29,926 bases of DNA. Origin: Ignisphaera sp. GTDB lineage: Archaea; Thermoproteota; Thermoprotei_A; Sulfolobales; Ignisphaeraceae. Location of the stretch: positions 29,256-59,181 of the forward strand of contig JAWBDT010000008.1 in NCBI GenBank assembly GCA_038821645.1. The letters are read 5' to 3'. The notes beneath the pieces are model-generated. The model saw only the letters and a program-made list of their open reading frames with translations, did not search any database and had not been told where the DNA came from. Positions 1 to 8,681 of this stretch are shown here, piece by piece (positions within the stretch are counted from its first letter, which is position 1; each line of letters starts with the position of its first letter). The translations under genes and the position numbers were made by a program.

Positions 1-78
1 TCTGAAGAGATTTGCAACCATCTGTTCAAGCATATAGCTACAGTAAAGATTTCTACGTATCGTGGTACATACGTCCAT
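1..78 (-). CDS. 5' end of a gene running off the window edge, possibly a ferritin-like protein
   Basis: Not in the ORF track. Manual translation from ATG (76-78) gives MDVCTTIRRNLYCSYMLEQMVANLFR, open to base 1, with an AGGTG SD at 88-84. The LYCSxxLExxVAxL pattern recalls helix 1 of archaeal ferritin-like proteins (from memory). Alternative in-frame ATG at 111. Confidence 0.45.
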   Translation of the reverse strand, partial: MDVCTTIRRNLYCSYMLEQMVANLFR

Positions 79-151
79 ATGTACACCTGGTGTTGGATAA
101 GGTATACTCATATATAAGTTTTATCTGTAAGAGTTTTTGATTTTTGTGGAG

Positions 152-2542
152 CTATTCTCTCCATTTCAATAGTGTAGTAGAGTTGATGATGACACTTATG
201 TCGCTTAGTATCATTGCTAGTGCAGCATATTCTGGTCTTAGTAATACTCCAAAAGAGTTGTACAGCATCCCCATAGCTATCGGTACTAGCATAATGTTGT
301 ATACAAATGCCCATATAAGATTTTCTACAGCCTTTTTCTTCACCTTTTCGCTTAAGCTGTAGAGCTTTCTTATTGTGCTAAGATTGTCTGATACTATGAT
401 TATATCCCCTGCCTCCTTCGCTATATCCGTTCCCCTACCCATTGCAATACCTAGGAATGCTCTACTTATGGCTACTGCGTCATTTATCCCATCTCCTATA
501 AAGGCAACCTTCTCTCCATCTTTCTGTAACCTTTCTATAAGCTCCATCTTATCTTCAGGCGTCAGTTCTGCATAAACTTCATCTATATTTAGCTGCTTAG
601 CTACTGCTCTAGCAGTAGTAATGTTATCTCCTGTAGCCATTATGATCCTGGTACCTCTCTTCCTTTTAAGGAATGCTATGATATCCTCTGCATCCTCTCT
701 TATGGTATCTCTAATAAGTATCACCGCTGCTATACTCCCTTCCATAGCTACAAAGACTGTTGTATACCCTTCACCCCTACCCCAATCAGCATAGCTCTTA
801 ATGCTATCCGTGAGCTCTATACCCATGCTCTCCATAAGCTTTTCCGAACCTATGATGATCCTTACACCATCGACCCTGGCTACTATTCCCATTCCAGGTA
901 TGTGGTCATAGCTTTCGGGAGCCCTATAGCCATAGCCTTTTTCACTACAGTAATTTAGGATTGCCGACGCTAATGGATGTTCACTTCTACTTTCAGCAGA
1001 ACAAACAAGCGACATTACACTCTCTTCACTAACAGAGTTCCATACCTTTACTCCCTCGACCCTAGGCTTGCCATATGTTAGCGTACCTGTCTTATCCACA
1101 ACCACTGTCGATACCATCAGCAGTCTCTCGAAGAAATCCCCTCTTCTAATTAGAATACCTATACGGGTAGCCTTATAAGCTGCTATAGCCACAACCATTG
1201 GTATTGCTATACCCAGTGGACATGGACATGCTACTGCTAATACCGAAGCCGAGAACGTCACTGCTCTACTGAAATCCCCCACAATGAGACTCCAGTATAA
1301 TGCTGTTGCAATACTCAAGAATATTATTAGCCATGTCAATAGACCTACAATTCTATCAGCAATAATTTGCACCCTAGGCTTTGTAAACTGAGCCTCCCTA
1401 ACTGTTTCTATAATACTAGATATCATTGTCTCCTTTCCAACCCTTGTAGCCCTAATCTTCATATACCCTGAAACCAGTTTCGAACCAGCTAAAACGGAGT
1501 CCCTTTTTTCTGCCGATTTGAATCGCGGTAGAGACTCTCCAGTAAATGTAGATTCGTCTACATAACCCCAGCCATCTATAACAACACCATCTATGCATAC
1601 CATCTCACCAGCCCGAACCTCAACAATATCACCAACAAATATGTTTTCAACATCCACCTCCTCAATACGGCCATCTCTGATGACCTTAGTCCTACATTTT
1701 AGAGACTCAGCAAGCCCTTCTATAGACTTTAAGGCCCTTTCCCTAAGTCTAGCTTCTAGGTACTTTCCAAAGCTAACAAATCCCAATATGCCTGCTGAAG
1801 CTTCAAAAAACGTTTCCCCCTGACCAAGAGCTCTACTCATTACGGCTACACTAAATATGTATGTAGATGTTGCAGATAATGATATTAGAGACTCCATCGT
1901 GGGTGTAAATCTTAAAAGTGATTTAAAGCCTTTTAGAATAGTATCTTTATTCAAAAGCATGATGGCTGACGCAGCCACCAGGAGTATGTACTCCCTATAG
2001 CTCCATAGAGGTGGCTCAAGACCTAGCACACCGAGACTATGATAAACTACGCTAGCTAAACCTAGAATAAATGATAGCATCCTTAGAACGATATCTCTAG
2101 ATTCCTCCATACCATATTCTCTAGCGGTTACAGCATCTCTAAATTCAATACCTAGATTTTTAATAAAATCCTTTATTTGATCTACACTAACCGTATATGG
2201 ATTATATAGTATTCTTGCTGTACCAGTTATACCAGAAACTCTGCAGTCTATTACACCTCTTAACTGTTTCAGCCTCTCCTCAATTGACAATGCCTCTTCG
2301 CTTTCGATATCTAGGACAAGTAAAAGCTGCTGCTTTTCTACATCATAACCAGCATCCCTTATAGCCTTAACAATTTCATGCGTCACAATGGATTCATCAT
2401 ATTCAACTACAGCCTCGCCAGAAACACTGTCTATCTTAAAACTCTGAACACCATTCAAACCATATATTTTCCTCTCAATAGCATATATACAAGAAGGACA
2501 ATCGATGCCTATAATTCTAAACCTTTCAATAGCTTTAGCCAT
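152..2542 (-). CDS. copA: Heavy-metal (Cu+) translocating P1B-type ATPase
   Basis: N-terminal HMA domain with CPSC, then TGES, intramembrane CPC, DKTGT phosphorylation site, SEHPL, TGDN, GDGINDA, YN and MxxS in the last helices. ATG at 2542 follows an SD-like GCGGTGG; the track start is GTG at 2575. Confidence 0.95.
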   Translation of the reverse strand: MAKAIERFRIIGIDCPSCIYAIERKIYGLNGVQSFKIDSVSGEAVVEYDESIVTHEIVKAIRDAGYDVEKQQLLLVLDIESEEALSIEERLKQLRGVIDCRVSGITGTARILYNPYTVSVDQIKDFIKNLGIEFRDAVTAREYGMEESRDIVLRMLSFILGLASVVYHSLGVLGLEPPLWSYREYILLVAASAIMLLNKDTILKGFKSLLRFTPTMESLISLSATSTYIFSVAVMSRALGQGETFFEASAGILGFVSFGKYLEARLRERALKSIEGLAESLKCRTKVIRDGRIEEVDVENIFVGDIVEVRAGEMVCIDGVVIDGWGYVDESTFTGESLPRFKSAEKRDSVLAGSKLVSGYMKIRATRVGKETMISSIIETVREAQFTKPRVQIIADRIVGLLTWLIIFLSIATALYWSLIVGDFSRAVTFSASVLAVACPCPLGIAIPMVVAIAAYKATRIGILIRRGDFFERLLMVSTVVVDKTGTLTYGKPRVEGVKVWNSVSEESVMSLVCSAESRSEHPLASAILNYCSEKGYGYRAPESYDHIPGMGIVARVDGVRIIIGSEKLMESMGIELTDSIKSYADWGRGEGYTTVFVAMEGSIAAVILIRDTIREDAEDIIAFLKRKRGTRIIMATGDNITTARAVAKQLNIDEVYAELTPEDKMELIERLQKDGEKVAFIGDGINDAVAISRAFLGIAMGRGTDIAKEAGDIIIVSDNLSTIRKLYSLSEKVKKKAVENLIWAFVYNIMLVPIAMGMLYNSFGVLLRPEYAALAMILSDISVIINSTTLLKWRE

Positions 2543-2558
2543 GGAAGCCACCGCAGAG

Positions 2559-2618
2559 GTTTCCTCTTTATACACAATTTTTGCGTTTCCTCTATAAACA
2601 CCATTAGCTACATATGTA
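2559..2618. promoter_or_regulatory. Candidate copA operator region: 17-bp imperfect direct repeat plus palindrome TACATATGTA
   Basis: GTTTCCTCTTTATACAC (2559-2575) and GTTTCCTCTATAAACAC (2585-2601) are 15/17 identical. A perfect palindrome lies at 2609-2618. All are just upstream of copA. Confidence 0.4.
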
Positions 2619-2734
2619 AAATTGTCATTTGTTTGGTATTCAAAAGATGAAAGGATCTAGTAGTTGGAGCTTGAACCATATCTACGATATAGCGTTTACC
2701 TCTATGGGATAGCATTTATAAATTGTTTGTAGTC

Positions 2735-3625
2735 CTACAATGTACCTACTTCCCGTCCTGGTATGATCTTCTTCGGTACCAGTTCATCTAGACTCCCACT
2801 TCGATATCCATATAGATCTAGTGTTACATATTTGTAACCAAGTTTCTGAAGCTCCAAAGCTATGGTATCCATAATCTCCTCACTAAAGAATTTTCTCCTT
2901 TCATTACGGTCAACCTCTATTCTGGCTATGTATTCATGGTCTCTAACTCTAACGAGTCTAACATCGGCTATCCTCTTAACAGTTTTCTCTGCTTCGGCAA
3001 TTCTCTTAAGCTTTTCAATAGTTATGGAATTTCCATACGGTATTCTGGAGGCTAGACATGCCATAGGAGGTTTATCCCAGTTTGGAAGATTCAACGCTCT
3101 TGCAATTAGCCTAACCTCATTTTTTGTTACACCAATTTCTGCAAGAGGACTTCTAATACCAGCCTCTCTAATAGCTAAAAGACCTGGTCTGTGATTGTAA
3201 AAGTCTGAGGCATTGGATCCTTCAACAATCACCCTAGCACTGACTCTCTTCACAATTTCTAGCACCTCTTTAACAAGGTGCTTTTTACAGAAATAACACC
3301 TGCTTACCGGATTGGAAATAAAGTTTGGATCACTAAATTCATCGCTCTCGAAAATGATGTGCTCAACTTCCAATAGGCTGGCTATTTCCTTAGCTCACTT
3401 AAAATCCTCCTCAGGATATGTTGGGGATACAGCCGTAGCAGCAACAACATTTTCACTACCTAGAGAGAGTACTGCGATCGCCAGTACAACGGAACTATCA
3501 ACACCACCTGAAAAAGCAACTACTACAGGACCCCCTATACCTCTAAACCACTCTATGAGTTTTAGAAACTTATCTGCGACACTACCATCTAGTGTTCTCA
3601 AAATCTCCTCTAAATCAGCTATCAC
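2735..3625 (-). pseudogene. larE: LarE-like ATP-dependent sulfur transferase (PP-loop family) interrupted by one in-frame TGA
   Basis: ORFs 3395..3625 and 2735..3373 are in the same frame and read YPEEDFK*AKEIASLLEVEH across TGA at 3395-3397. Motifs: SGGVDS, RCYFCK, GSNASD, RPG, SPL, CLASRIPYG, RVRDH. Confidence 0.85.
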
Positions 3626-4106
3626 CTACATCGTTAATGCTTATACCTCTGCACTCCCTAAAAATCTAATCTAGGTAAACCACTGTATAAATCACACTAA
3701 TACCGTCACCTACTACTTAAAAATATTGAAAACTTCCCTAATATCTCTAATAGCTACACTTATTCATAACAACTATCTTAGAATGGAGCTTCCTACCTTC
3801 AGCAATCCATAGACACCTTATTTTTGATAATACGTTTGTCTATATTGTTTAGTAGCTATACCGGATATCTATCAATACTATTGATTTTCGAAAAGTAAAT
3901 CTTATTGAATAGAATGAACTTCCCAACCAAACTAATATTCGAATAACTATCCAGTGAAGCTTTGCTGATAGTAGTAAGTGAACATTAACAATCCCAGTAC
4001 AAGAATTTCTAAATATGGTGAAAATTTTCATATCATCTCTTTTACAGAGTGCCGTAGAAATTACTCTATATAAATTCTAGACTAGATTTCTAAAAGATAG
4101 TTAAGC

Positions 4107-4138
4107 TTATAAATTATGAACCGCCTCTATTTAGAGGA
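4107..4138 (+). promoter_or_regulatory. TATA-like box followed by an ACCGCCTCTA-containing inverted repeat
   Basis: TTATAAAT at 4107-4114, then ACCGCCTCTA at 4120-4129 overlapping the inverted repeat CCTCTA-TT-TAGAGG. The same arrangement occurs at 11888-11932. Confidence 0.35.
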
Positions 4139-4211
4139 CGTTATTAGACTATTGACATTAAAATCTTTTGAATTGAAATAATGTGGTATATAGAGAGCTG
4201 GATACAAAGTC

Positions 4212-4625
4212 TTGGTGATAAGTGTAGGCCGAACTGTTATAGTATTTGTTGGTCCTGCTGGAGCCAGTAAGTCATCACTCATTTACGCTTATTCTAAATG
4301 GCTTGAGGAATCGTTCGGCTATAAGGTGTATAAGATTAATCTCGATCCAGCTGCTGAGTACATTCCCTACACCCCCGATTTTGATGTCAGATCTATTGTA
4401 GATGCTCATAAAGTGGCAATCGAGTATGGTCTTGGCCCTAATGGTGCGTTGGTAAAATCCATGGATATTCTAGCCAACAAGATGGAGATTATTGAAGCTG
4501 TACTCCGTAGGGTGACTTCGGACTTTGTACTGATCGATACATCAGGGCAGATGGAGATATTCATTTTCAGGGATATCGCTATTAAGCTTGTAGATGTCTT
4601 AAGGAAAGCTTCTAGATTACTATGA
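4212..4625 (+). pseudogene. Truncated, degenerate GPN-loop GTPase
   Basis: NLDPA and GLGPNGAL motifs are intact, but G1 is GPAGASKS (Gly lost) and G3 is DTSGQ rather than DTPGQ. It stops at 137 aa with no G4 (NKxD) half; archaeal GPN GTPases are about 250 aa. Confidence 0.8.
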
Positions 4626-4783
4626 TAGTGCATGATGTCGAGAACATGCTAATTTTCTTATGTATAGATATAGTGCTTTGAAATTACTTCAACTAGAGAT
4701 TGTTCTAGAGATCAATATCATTACTTTACTTTACACGATAGTACTAGATTATGTAGTTAGTAGAATATTAAACTTTATATTAA

Positions 4784-5221
4784 TTAGATACTATGGGTTT
4801 GATTTATGTATATTCTTTCTAGGCACCCATCTTTGTATGGTCTTATATAGTTATAGTCTCTTTCAAACACTAGGTCTGGATTTATCTTCTTAAGAACGTA
4901 TTTACATACGGTTTCAGATACAAGTTTGCATGTATATCTAGTATCTATGTTAAGTATTTGTGCTAACTTCAGTATAGGGCATGGGTTTCTTGATATAGTT
5001 ACAAGTTCTCTATCTGTTAACTTGACTATTTCCACATCTTCTTTCTTGAGTCTCAGAAAATCGTAATAGAATAGTTTGAGTAAATCTTCCATACTTTTCA
5101 TTTCTCTAGTTTTAATCGTCCACATAAATCCATATATATAGAATACAGATAACGATAGCAATAGAGGTATGTGTTTTAAACCATATTTAAAGTAGTTGAA
5201 CATCTTAGTATATTCACACAA
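4784..5221 (-). CDS. Hypothetical Cys-containing protein, possibly metal/ligand-binding
   Basis: 145-aa ORF, TTG start 6 nt after a GGTGA SD. Pattern SRNPCP..LNIDTRYTCK..INPDLVFERDY..IRPY..GCLE. Confidence 0.7.
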   Translation of the reverse strand: MCEYTKMFNYFKYGLKHIPLLLSLSVFYIYGFMWTIKTREMKSMEDLLKLFYYDFLRLKKEDVEIVKLTDRELVTISRNPCPILKLAQILNIDTRYTCKLVSETVCKYVLKKINPDLVFERDYNYIRPYKDGCLERIYINQTHSI

Positions 5222-5377
5222 CGCTATTCACCATAGCCATATTATATTGTATTAAATACAATCCTACAACATAGATTTAATCTCTTTTAGTTCTAGATAA
5301 CAAGAATATTTGCTGTAACTTTATTAGCTTATCCTAAGCCTATACATATGCGAAGACTAAAGAGGTTGAGGTAAAAC

Positions 5378-6181
5378 TTGGTATTGATATATATAACCTT
5401 AGTAATGTTAACATCAGTTCTATTCTGTTTTATACTATATAACTTTCCCTGGATATCTAGGTACTGGTCTCCAGACATCGAGAAATTTGTTGTTAAGAAG
5501 GGTGGCAAGATTGCTCTTGTATCTGATGTTCATATAGGTGCAGATAGTCTTGATATTGATTGGATTAGGATTATAGGGAAAACGGTAGAGAAACTGAGTA
5601 TAGATTTCCTAATTGTTGTAGGTGACCTAGTTAATAAAAGACTGTACATAGATATTAATTATTTAGAGAAATTCGCTAGAGTTGTAACAAATATAATGGA
5701 TTTGAGAAATACTGTTGTTCTTTATGTCCCTTCGAATTCTGCTCACGATCTTGCTCTCTATAGCCAGAAGAAAGGTGATATTAGATTTAGATTTCTTGAT
5801 AGAAATGTAGAGTTCATCTATACAGTCCATATGCTCAGAATAGATTTTGAGGAATGTAGCGAATCTATATACGTAACACATGGAGACTATATCTCAAGAA
5901 ATGGTGTTTTGTCGTATCTACTCGATAAAGTTGGTAGAAAAATGTTTAAGAAGCTTTTCACAGGTGTTATCGGTCGCAAAATACTTGATCTAGACAATAG
6001 ATCGTGGATTGTTGTAGGCCACAGCCATGTATCTTATCTAGATAGAAGTTACAGAGCCATTGGCTTAGGTTGCTGGATAAAGAGGTATTATGCACCTAGA
6101 GAAAGCTCTATAGCTATAGCTAGTTGCAGAAATAAGTCTCTCGATATAAGGTTTATTAGTCTAGATAAGCGTAGCTACTAG
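5378..6181 (+). CDS. Calcineurin-like metallophosphoesterase with N-terminal membrane anchor
   Basis: SDVH, VGDL, atypical motif III (PSNSAHD), THGD, GHSH. Hydrophobic first ~22 aa. GAGGT SD before TTG. Confidence 0.85.
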   Translation: MVLIYITLVMLTSVLFCFILYNFPWISRYWSPDIEKFVVKKGGKIALVSDVHIGADSLDIDWIRIIGKTVEKLSIDFLIVVGDLVNKRLYIDINYLEKFARVVTNIMDLRNTVVLYVPSNSAHDLALYSQKKGDIRFRFLDRNVEFIYTVHMLRIDFEECSESIYVTHGDYISRNGVLSYLLDKVGRKMFKKLFTGVIGRKILDLDNRSWIVVGHSHVSYLDRSYRAIGLGCWIKRYYAPRESSIAIASCRNKSLDIRFISLDKRSY

Positions 6182-6218
6182 ACGCATCTTTATTTGTTGT
6201 AGCTATAGATGCGTCTAG
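6178..6218. terminator. Perfect 12-bp inverted repeat overlapping the stop codon
   Basis: CTAGACGCATCT (6178-6189) and AGATGCGTCTAG (6207-6218), 17-nt loop. A terminator function is inferred from position only. Confidence 0.4.
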
Positions 6219-6308
6219 ACATTGTTGATAAAATATGCTTTGAATCTACATAAACTACTTTAATTCGGGTTTTCCTCTAGACCGAAGGTGGTATTGAGGT
6301 GAATTTGT

Positions 6309-6914
6309 ATGGAGTATGATGAAGTGAGATATATTTTAGCTAGACAGATTTGTGAAGCACTAAAGTTTATGTATCTAAAGGGTTTGATAACTCCATTGAC
6401 AGGCAACATTAGTGTAAGGATTGGAGACACTATACTTACAACTCCTTCGTCTTTTGTTCCAAGGGTTAGGTTAAAGTATGAGTTGAATCCTGAAGACCTA
6501 GTTGAAGTAGATTTGTTTGGAAATATAGTTAGAGGAGGTAGACCTACAACAGAGATAGTGATGCATTTAGAGATATATAGATCTTGTGAAAAGTGTGGAG
6601 CTATTGTCCATATACATGGTGTATACGCTCCGCTACTTACATCGAAGGATAGAGATAGACTGTTTCTTGATACAGAGATTAAGTATATCCTTAAACCAAA
6701 GATATGTTTTGTAGATGAATATGTGCCTAGATCAGAAGAATTAGCTAAAGCTGTTACAGATAGTGTAAAGAATGGTTGTGAAATAATTTATCTCCAGGGA
6801 CATGGTGTTGTAACTGTTTCAGAAAATCTAGGTATGGCTCTAGAGCTTGCTGAATTAGCAGAAGTTATTGCAGCTAGAACTATAGTGAAACAGGTACTAG
6901 ATATGGCTAGATAG
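6309..6914 (+). CDS. Class II aldolase/adducin family protein (FucA-like)
   Basis: GNISVR, TPS, PTTE..MH (catalytic Glu position), VHIH and GHG zinc ligands. GAGGTGA SD. Confidence 0.9.
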   Translation: MEYDEVRYILARQICEALKFMYLKGLITPLTGNISVRIGDTILTTPSSFVPRVRLKYELNPEDLVEVDLFGNIVRGGRPTTEIVMHLEIYRSCEKCGAIVHIHGVYAPLLTSKDRDRLFLDTEIKYILKPKICFVDEYVPRSEELAKAVTDSVKNGCEIIYLQGHGVVTVSENLGMALELAELAEVIAARTIVKQVLDMAR

Positions 6915-7018
6915 ATTGTTGTAGAGAGTCTAACCATCATTTCTTTAATGTCTCTAGATCTAGACCCTACAATTTTTATACCGAATCCTGGTATATGGTT
7001 TATGTATTGGGTGATGTG

Positions 7019-8419
7019 ATGAAGAAGATTAGAATAGGTCTTGTTCCTCTACATAGATATCCTTTCGATGAGGTATGGGCTCAAGAGCTTAAGAACAGAT
7101 TCATAAAGGTTATCGAGGAAAGATTTGGTAGCTATATAGAGTTGATTTATCCTACAGAAAAACACAGTAGAATGGGTCTAGTCACAGATGACGATGATGC
7201 TGAAGCAGTTATAAAGTTGTTTAAGGAGAGAGATGTTGATGGACTCGTGATGGTGACACTAACTTTTGGTGATGAACTTGCAGGTGCCAGGGTAGCAGAA
7301 GAATTCAAGGGATATCCTATACTGATATTCGCTACAAAAGAGCCATCAACGCTACCGGGAGGATTCAGAAGATCTGATTCTTTCTGTGGAACACTTTCTC
7401 TAGCTTCAGCACTATATAGGAGAAAGATACCGTTCTTATTTGGAGGTATAGTGTTTCCTGAAGATAATGAATTTGCTAGAGAATTTGACTCCTTTATACG
7501 TGTTGTAGCTATCTATAGATCTTTTATTGGAGCAAGAGTAGGGCTTATAGGGCCTAGACCAGAGAGATTTGAGACTGTTACATTTACTGAATCAAAGATG
7601 GCTGAAAAATTCAAACAGAGAGTAGTTCATGTAACGCTACTAGAGATTGTTGAAGAAGCTCGTAAATTAGGTGACGAAGATCCTGTTGTTATCGAGATAG
7701 CTAATGAGATAGAGAAACAAGTTGATGTCTCTCAGATATCTAGAGAAGTAGTTCTGAAGATGGCTAAACTTGAGGCAGTATTACGTAGAATAGTTAAAGA
7801 AAAGAAGTTGTCTGGTTTAGGCTTCAGATGTTGGACAGAGATACAGAAATACTATGGAGTATCTCCATGTAATATCCTTGGAAGACTTACACAAAGTGGT
7901 GTAATGTCTGCATGTGAAGTCGATATATACGGGGTACTGAGCATGATTATACAGTACGCAGCTTCTCTAGGAACATCACCACCGTTCTTCATAGACTGGA
8001 CAATCAGACATCCAACTAAACCCAATGTATTTCTTGCATGGCACTGCGGAAACGCGCCACCAGCATTATTCTGTGCTACTGGTAAGCTAATGTATCACAG
8101 TATAATGTATAGAGATGTAGGTATAGAGAAAGCCTATGGAACACTAGAAGGTAGACTTAAACCAGGTACTGTAACAATATCGAGACTTGTTGAATATGAT
8201 GGAGAATTCAAACTCTTTGTAACATCAGGGAGAACAATTGAAGAAGAAACAGAATTCAGAGGTAGCTGGATATGGATAGAGGTAGCAGATCTAGATAAGA
8301 TCTATAGATCCTTAGTAGAAGAAGGATTTGTACATCATGCTAGCATGATATATGGAGATTATGTTGATCCTATAGTGAAAGCAGCAAAAATTCTAGGTAT
8401 AAAGACTATTGTAGTATGA
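7019..8419 (+). CDS. L-fucose/L-arabinose isomerase family protein
   Basis: TFGDE, DSFCG, RCW.EIQ, ACEVD metal ligands, WHCG, G.VT..RL, C-terminal HH. ATG at 7019 follows GGTGA; the track start is 6995. TATA-like TTTTTATA near 6973. Confidence 0.9.
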   Translation: MKKIRIGLVPLHRYPFDEVWAQELKNRFIKVIEERFGSYIELIYPTEKHSRMGLVTDDDDAEAVIKLFKERDVDGLVMVTLTFGDELAGARVAEEFKGYPILIFATKEPSTLPGGFRRSDSFCGTLSLASALYRRKIPFLFGGIVFPEDNEFAREFDSFIRVVAIYRSFIGARVGLIGPRPERFETVTFTESKMAEKFKQRVVHVTLLEIVEEARKLGDEDPVVIEIANEIEKQVDVSQISREVVLKMAKLEAVLRRIVKEKKLSGLGFRCWTEIQKYYGVSPCNILGRLTQSGVMSACEVDIYGVLSMIIQYAASLGTSPPFFIDWTIRHPTKPNVFLAWHCGNAPPALFCATGKLMYHSIMYRDVGIEKAYGTLEGRLKPGTVTISRLVEYDGEFKLFVTSGRTIEEETEFRGSWIWIEVADLDKIYRSLVEEGFVHHASMIYGDYVDPIVKAAKILGIKTIVV

Positions 8420-8681
8420 ATGTAAGGATTTTGTTCAAAGCACCATAATTTTTTATACCACAAATTCTATGTCCTAGTCTAGATTCTTCAAATTCTTTGT
8501 ATCCTTTGATATACTCTAAATTATGATCACAAGTTATTTGTTCTGCAGAACTATGAGAGATCTCTAGCTATATCTAGGACAAATATATGTAACAAGATAT
8601 AGATAAGGTTTCTCTATCTTAAAAAATCTGTTACACACTTTAATACATAATACTCACAAGTCAATATAGAGGTGTTATTCC

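Noticed and set aside
2590-2625. FYICS*WCL* on the minus strand, resembling a TRASH/YHS copper chaperone motif
   Set aside because: Multiple stops, no start and no N-terminal DPVC half; probably chance.
108-2650. Short ORFs overlapping copA (108..314, 144..362, 375..575, 1593..1823, 2378..2650)
   Set aside because: Antisense or alternate-frame shadows of a well-supported gene, with no motifs. The same applies to the other track ORFs nested in or opposite the called genes.
3395-3397. Selenocysteine recoding of the larE TGA
   Set aside because: Not a Cys position, no SECIS-like element seen, and TGA is used as an ordinary stop elsewhere in the window.
3745-3840. RKLHSKIVVMN resembling a phospholipase D HKD motif
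   Set aside because: The Asp is absent, the fragment is very short and there is no convincing downstream GSxN.
3849-4031. 60-aa ORF, and likewise 4660..4893, 10305..10502 and 20033..20215
   Set aside because: No clear SD or recognisable motifs; consistent with chance ORFs in AT-rich spacers.
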